A DNA stretch of 64,000 bases from an uncultured Gemmatimonadota bacterium (lineage in GTDB: Bacteria > JAAXHH01), in NCBI GenBank assembly GCA_951812955.1, contig OX638340.1:2784001-2848000 (forward strand), in the 5' to 3' direction. Both the position numbers and the translations under genes were made by a program. The notes under the pieces are model-generated. The model did no database searches. It was given only the letters and a program-made list of their open reading frames with translations, and was not told the origin of the DNA. Below, one piece after another: positions 59,479 to 64,000 of the stretch. How positions within the stretch are numbered: position 1 is the first letter of the stretch; every line of letters starts with the position of its first letter.

Positions 59479-61095
59479 ATGCGCAATATCCTTCTCGCAG
59501 CCTTTCTGCTTTACACCCCTCTGCTTACGGACACCGGTCCATACCTCACGTACATTTCCACCGTCCGTCAGGATGAATCGTCCAGGCAAATTTCGCCCGA
59601 GGATGAGAGCCGTCTGCTTGAAGACGTGATGTATTTCCGGCAGCAGATTGAGCAGAACAGGAGCGAACCCGCCAACTACTTCAATCTGGGTCTCGCGGCC
59701 GTTGCCCTGGACAAGCTGGCCACGGCGGAAGCGGCATTCCAGGTTGTCACCAGTTTGCGCCCCGGAGATGTCGACGCTCATTTCAACCTGGGTATGGTTT
59801 ACGCCCGGCAGGACCGGTACGACGAGGCGATCAAGGCATTCAGCCGAGTTGTGGAAATGGATCCCGAGCGTGCAGAACCTTACTACAACCTCGGCCGGGC
59901 CTATCAGATATCTGGAATGCTGGTGGAATCCATAAAATCTTTTGTTAAGGCAACGACGCTGGACCCCGACAACAGCCTGTTTCAGTACGGTCGGGGGACA
60001 ACGGAAGAGAAGATGGGCGCCCTGGGGGAGGCCGCCGTTTCCTATTCCAATGCCATATCCATCGATCCGGAATTCGTCGACGCCCGGTATGCGTTGGGAC
60101 GCGTACTGTTGGATCAGCGGAAATTCCAGGAAGCCCGGGATGCCTTTCGCGAAGTGCTGCGCGTAGATTCCGGCAAGGCGGAGGCATACTGCCAACTCGG
60201 TGTGATCGCGCTGAGCGAAGGCCGTGTCGACGATGCGGTCCGGGCGTATGAGAACGCCAGGCAGATAGATGAAGCATCGGTGGAGGCCATCGCGGGAATT
60301 GCCCAGGCTTCGTTGCGTGCGGGACAGACTGAACGGGCGGTATCGCTGTACCAGCAGGCCTTAACGATAGATTCAGAATCGCCTACCCTGCATTACCATG
60401 CGGGCACGGCTTTCGCGGCCGCCGAGCGCTATGAAGAAGCGTTGGACGCCTTTGCGGGTGCGATAGAACGCTATCCGGAGTATCCCGAGCCCTACCTGTC
60501 GATGGGTAACACGCTCAACGCCCTGGGGAGGGGGGATGACGCCGGGCCGTTTCTCGAAGCGTTCCAACGGCTCAACGCGTTCAAGGAGGAGTTGTCGCAG
60601 GCGGAAGCCTTGGTACGCCTGAATCCGCGGGTAGCGGAGGTACATTACAACATGGCAACGGCCCTGACCCAGCTGGGCCGGTACGAGGATGCCGTGCGGG
60701 AATTTCGGATCGCCACGGAACTGGCGCCTCGTTTCGTTCACGCCTATAACAACCTCGGCGTCGCCTATGTTCAACTCGGCAAGTTTGACGAAGCCCGCGG
60801 CGCCTACCAGCAATCGATCCTGCTGGATTCGACCTACGTAGAGGCCTATACGAACCTGGCATGGCTCTTTGCCGAACACGGCGAAAACCTGGACCGTGCC
60901 CTGGAGCTGGCCGACAGGGCGGTCGAGATGGCTCCTACGGTCGTCTCCTACGAAACGCTGGCGGTCGTGCGGAACGCGGGAGGGGATTATGCCGGGGCCG
61001 ATGCGGCTATGCGGAATGCAATCCGTATCGAACCTGATAACGAGGTATTGCGGCAACGTTGGGAGCGGATCAGGCAGGAAAGGAACGGATCATGA
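59479..61095 (+). CDS. Tetratricopeptide-repeat protein
   Basis: 538 aa. N-terminal signal-like segment, then about 12 TPR units (e.g. YFNLGLAAVALDKLATAEAAFQVV, HFNLGMVYARQDRYDEAIKAF, YYNLGRAYQISG...). Confidence 0.8.
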   Translation: MRNILLAAFLLYTPLLTDTGPYLTYISTVRQDESSRQISPEDESRLLEDVMYFRQQIEQNRSEPANYFNLGLAAVALDKLATAEAAFQVVTSLRPGDVDAHFNLGMVYARQDRYDEAIKAFSRVVEMDPERAEPYYNLGRAYQISGMLVESIKSFVKATTLDPDNSLFQYGRGTTEEKMGALGEAAVSYSNAISIDPEFVDARYALGRVLLDQRKFQEARDAFREVLRVDSGKAEAYCQLGVIALSEGRVDDAVRAYENARQIDEASVEAIAGIAQASLRAGQTERAVSLYQQALTIDSESPTLHYHAGTAFAAAERYEEALDAFAGAIERYPEYPEPYLSMGNTLNALGRGDDAGPFLEAFQRLNAFKEELSQAEALVRLNPRVAEVHYNMATALTQLGRYEDAVREFRIATELAPRFVHAYNNLGVAYVQLGKFDEARGAYQQSILLDSTYVEAYTNLAWLFAEHGENLDRALELADRAVEMAPTVVSYETLAVVRNAGGDYAGADAAMRNAIRIEPDNEVLRQRWERIRQERNGS

Positions 61096-61120
61096 ACCAA
61101 TACAGTGGAAGGAGAAGCGG

Positions 61121-62248
61121 ATGAAGCGGGTGAAGTCCAGGGTGTTGCCGCTCCTGGCGGCGGCACTTGTGATGGGTTGCGCGGAAGCGGACGATGACGG
61201 GATGTGGCGTGGCAGAACGGAAGTGGTCGCGGGAGCCTCAAGGGTCATAAGCGATGCGCCAATCCGGCACTCACCCGATCAGACGGCAGACGTCACGCTC
61301 GAAGAGGACCTGGTGATTGATGGCGGCGAGGACCGGTCGTTCTCGTCGGTTTTCGGGATCACCACGGATCGGAACGGCAACATTTACGTGGCCGACTCGG
61401 AACAGAAGCGCATACAGAAGTTCGATGAAACCGGTTCGTTTCAGACGTCCGTAGGGTCGTCGGGCGTGGGACCGCTGCAGTTCAAATCTCCTGTGGATAT
61501 GGTGCTTGACAGCGAAGGGCGGTTGTTCGTACTGGACAGCGAACTCGACCGGGTCACGGTATTTAATCCGGACCTGAGTTTCGCCGACATCTGGCAAACG
61601 CAGGTTACGAAGCCCCGCCGCATACGTATAGACACCGAGGGTAACGTGCTTGTCTTCGTCATTACACAGCATGATCTCATCTACAAATTCAGTCCGAACG
61701 GCGATCCGATTGCGAAGTTCTACAATCCCATGGAAACCATGCGGCGTACCGGAACCCTGACAGAGTTCATTGCATATTCCGACGCGGCCATGGAGTCTAC
61801 AGAGGACGGGTACGTCGTCGTTTCCGCAAGACACCCCTACAAGATAAGTAAGTTTGACCGGGTAAACGGACTGGAATTGGAATTTTACCGGACCACTTCC
61901 TTTGATATGAAGCCGCTGGGACGGTGGACGAACACGCAGCATCCACCTCCCGTCGGCGTGTCCGGCGGCCTGGCCGTACTGCCCGACGGACGCATCATGA
62001 ACACCATACAGTACCAGGAATTCGAACAGGTGGGGTTGAACACCATGGGCATGCCCCAGTTGAAAATGACGAAAATGGATCGATGGTACGATTTTTTTAC
62101 TCCGGATGGCAAATGGGAAATGACCGCACAGTTCGCCGTGAGCGGAGTTCCCATGCACGTGGACCGGCAGGGCCGTATCTATTTCGCTGATTTGGCCGAA
62201 GACAGAGTCGTCAGGTACAACTTTGTTTTTCCTGAGGAGTACAACTAG
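61121..62248 (+). CDS. NHL-repeat (six-bladed beta-propeller) lipoprotein
   Basis: The track ORF 60869..62248 overlaps the TPR gene, so it was trimmed to ATG 61121 (RBS GGAAGGAG). MKRVKSRVLPLLAAALVMGC lipobox. NHL-like repeats (NGNIYVADSEQKRIQKFDETG; GRLFVLDSELDRVTVFNPD). Confidence 0.6.
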   Translation: MKRVKSRVLPLLAAALVMGCAEADDDGMWRGRTEVVAGASRVISDAPIRHSPDQTADVTLEEDLVIDGGEDRSFSSVFGITTDRNGNIYVADSEQKRIQKFDETGSFQTSVGSSGVGPLQFKSPVDMVLDSEGRLFVLDSELDRVTVFNPDLSFADIWQTQVTKPRRIRIDTEGNVLVFVITQHDLIYKFSPNGDPIAKFYNPMETMRRTGTLTEFIAYSDAAMESTEDGYVVVSARHPYKISKFDRVNGLELEFYRTTSFDMKPLGRWTNTQHPPPVGVSGGLAVLPDGRIMNTIQYQEFEQVGLNTMGMPQLKMTKMDRWYDFFTPDGKWEMTAQFAVSGVPMHVDRQGRIYFADLAEDRVVRYNFVFPEEYN

Positions 62249-62775
62249 TGCGCGTCATCCTGACAGGAATCCTTCTGACGATTACGGCCCTGGCTTGCGA
62301 AATGGCTCCAGAGGAAGAGCAGGTGGCCGGGGGCACATTCGTCGGCTATACATTTTCCGAACAGGCCGTCGTCGACACCGCGCTCGATATGGAAGCTGGA
62401 TATACACTGACCTTCAAAGCCTACGATCTTGGCGGCGACGCGCGGTTCGTGGTCTATGTCCAACGGAAGATCTCGGGCGAGTATTATGCCGGGGTTGTTA
62501 GGCTGGGCATCGTCGATCCGCAGGGCAACGTATACACGTACTACCACAGCGCCGAAGCCGAAGCCATAGACCGTCCGATCATGTGGACCCGGCGCGTGCC
62601 GGGCGTACACAACGTCGAAGTCGAGTTCAACGTGCGCGGAGACCAGAAGGTGCGTACCTCCTTCGAAGTCCCACTGATAAGGGAACCGGTATCGGGCTTT
62701 CTCGTCGCCGGCGTCAGTCTGGGCGTTTTGGTCCTCGCGGGCTTGACCCTGGTACTCATAAGAAGACGCCGTTGA
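62248..62775 (+). CDS. Small lipoprotein with C-terminal TM anchor, unknown function
   Basis: 175 aa. GTG start overlapping the previous stop. LLTITALAC lipobox, C-terminal hydrophobic segment plus RRRR. Confidence 0.45.
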   Translation: MRVILTGILLTITALACEMAPEEEQVAGGTFVGYTFSEQAVVDTALDMEAGYTLTFKAYDLGGDARFVVYVQRKISGEYYAGVVRLGIVDPQGNVYTYYHSAEAEAIDRPIMWTRRVPGVHNVEVEFNVRGDQKVRTSFEVPLIREPVSGFLVAGVSLGVLVLAGLTLVLIRRRR

Positions 62776-62821
62776 CACGACGCTGATCGGTCGCATGGAC
62801 GCTGGGAGGATCGGTAGTCTC

Positions 62822-64000
62822 ATGCATGCTTTATTCAGGGTTGCGGCGTCCCCGTGTTCCCGATTTAGGGCGTCCCCGTGTTCCCGGTTTGCGGTATTCT
62901 TCCTTTTCCCGTTTCTTTTCCTTTCCTGCGACCTTTCCAATAGCCCTCCGGATGCGACGCGCCCGGAGATGCTCTTCACGGACATCGCGCCTTCCTCCGG
63001 AATCTCGTTCCGTCATGCCAACGGGAAGACCGGCCAATACTACTTCCTTGAAACGGTGGCGTCCGGTGGTGGATTCGTCGATTACGACGGGGACGGCGAC
63101 CTCGACATCTACCTGCTCAACGGCTCGGCCATCCCGGGTTTCGTGCCGGACCTGCCCCTGTCCAACGCGCTTTATCGCAACGAAGGAGACGGATCCTTCA
63201 CGGACGTGACCGATCAGGCCGGCGTGGGAAATCCGGACGGTTACGGGATGGGCATGGCCGTCGCGGATTACGACAACGACGGCGACGACGACCTGTTCGT
63301 CACGAACTATGGGGAGAACATCCTCTATCGCAACGAGGGGAACGGGACTTTCCGCGACGTGACCGGCCGGGCGATGCCGCCGTTACCCCGCAGTCCGATG
63401 TTTTCGACCAGCGCGGCGTTCCTGGATTACGACCGGGACGGGCACCTGGACCTCTACGTGTGCGCGTACGTCGAATTCGACTTCGAAACCAACAAGCGAT
63501 GCATCCGGGACGGCATCCAGTCCTACTGCGGACCCGATATCTATGATGGGGCGGCCGATCTGCTTTACCGGAACAACGGCGACGGGACTTTTTCTGACGT
63601 ATCCTCGGAGGCGGGTATCGCCAATCCGGACGGAAAAGGACTCGGAGTCGTGGGGGGCGACTACGACGGCGATGGCTGGACGGATATATTCGTAGCCAAC
63701 GACCTGACGCCGGATTTCCTTTACCGGAACAACGGCGACGGCACGTTTACGGACATGGCGCTGCTGGCGGGCGTGGCCTATGGCGAGGATGGCGTCGCCC
63801 GGGCAGGCATGGGGGTAGATTTCGGAGACTACGACCGGAACGGGACGCCGGACATCTACGTGACCAATTTCTCCCTGGAACCCAACTCGTTGCACCGGAA
63901 CAACGGAAACGGCACGTTTACCGAAACCACCTTCGGTGCGGGCGTGGGCAATACCACGCTTCTTTCCCTGGGTTTCGGTACGGCCTTCAAAGATTTCGAC
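62822..64000 (+). CDS. CRTAC1/ASPIC-UnbV-family FG-GAP repeat lipoprotein (3' end beyond window)
   Basis: Not in the ORF track because the frame is open to the window end (the track's 62826..63209 is a different frame). Translation: MHALFRVAASPCSRF..FAVFFLFPFLFLSCDLS (lipobox), then repeated ...DYDGDGDLDIYLLNG..., ...DYDNDGDDDLFVTNYGENILYRNEGNGTF..., ...LYRNNGDGTF... units typical of FG-GAP/VCBS CRTAC1-like proteins. An alternative start is ATG 62795. Confidence 0.65.
   Translation, partial: MHALFRVAASPCSRFRASPCSRFAVFFLFPFLFLSCDLSNSPPDATRPEMLFTDIAPSSGISFRHANGKTGQYYFLETVASGGGFVDYDGDGDLDIYLLNGSAIPGFVPDLPLSNALYRNEGDGSFTDVTDQAGVGNPDGYGMGMAVADYDNDGDDDLFVTNYGENILYRNEGNGTFRDVTGRAMPPLPRSPMFSTSAAFLDYDRDGHLDLYVCAYVEFDFETNKRCIRDGIQSYCGPDIYDGAADLLYRNNGDGTFSDVSSEAGIANPDGKGLGVVGGDYDGDGWTDIFVANDLTPDFLYRNNGDGTFTDMALLAGVAYGEDGVARAGMGVDFGDYDRNGTPDIYVTNFSLEPNSLHRNNGNGTFTETTFGAGVGNTTLLSLGFGTAFKDFD
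62843..62890. repeat. 24-bp in-frame tandem duplication inside the signal-peptide coding region of the CRTAC1-like gene
   Basis: GCGGCGTCCCCGTGTTCCCGATTT / AGGGCGTCCCCGTGTTCCCGGTTT. Encodes AASPCSRF / RASPCSRF. Confidence 0.85.

Noticed and set aside
62245-62985. 246-aa minus-strand ORF overlapping the small lipoprotein gene
   Set aside because: Plus-strand neighbours form a translationally coupled series with lipoprotein signals, and the minus ORF has no features. Weakly held: neither frame has homology support that I can see.
62826-63209. Track ORF (127 aa, + strand) at the start of the last gene
   Set aside because: Wrong frame (R/S/P/T-rich). The adjacent frame encodes a coherent lipoprotein with FG-GAP repeats and is open to the window end.

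Overview
GC-rich bacterial chromosomal segment carrying about 53 protein-coding genes and 3 tRNAs, mostly conserved housekeeping and envelope functions. Main housekeeping content:
- iron uptake operon dtxR-feoA-PepSY_TM-feoB (feoB truncated by the window start);
- a GlnD/GlnE-family nucleotidyltransferase, tamB plus an Omp85/TamA-like gene, hxlA-hxlB (RuMP) with a LarC N-terminal-half gene, and two Cof-type HAD hydrolases;
- tRNA-Val and tRNA-Met(CAT), dnaG, mutS2, cvpA, yqeY, rpsU, HIT, rsmE and prmA;
- the hrcA-grpE-dnaJ operon, ctpA, tRNA-Leu, tig-clpP-clpX-lon, tsaE, serS, holA, rsgA, dacB and thrC.

Two regions stand out.
1. A 2.5-kb composite IS1595-family insertion (3336-5874). It has perfect 22-bp terminal inverted repeats and an 8-bp GTTTTTTT target-site duplication. 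It carries a transposase plus a passenger DNA-methyltransferase::HNH fusion gene. The HNH module is frameshifted exactly at an 11-nt homopolymeric G/C tract, which makes it either a candidate phase-variable switch or a sequencing error. A perfect 16-bp-arm palindrome sits in the passenger gene's upstream region.
2. A 14-kb co-directional envelope cluster (49920 to window end). It encodes a SusC-like TonB-dependent receptor, a 1068-aa secreted protein of unknown function ending in a T9SS-type C-terminal sorting domain, a PorV/PorQ-like outer-membrane barrel, a hexaheme c-type cytochrome with an N-terminal carboxypeptidase-regulatory-like domain, a TPR protein, an NHL lipoprotein and a CRTAC1-like lipoprotein. 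A 680-bp low-GC leader region lies upstream of the cluster.

The window also shows recurrent 21-63-bp two-copy tandem duplications, several of them duplicating stop codons at gene 3' ends. All calls are from reading the sequence and ORF translations; no database searches were run.
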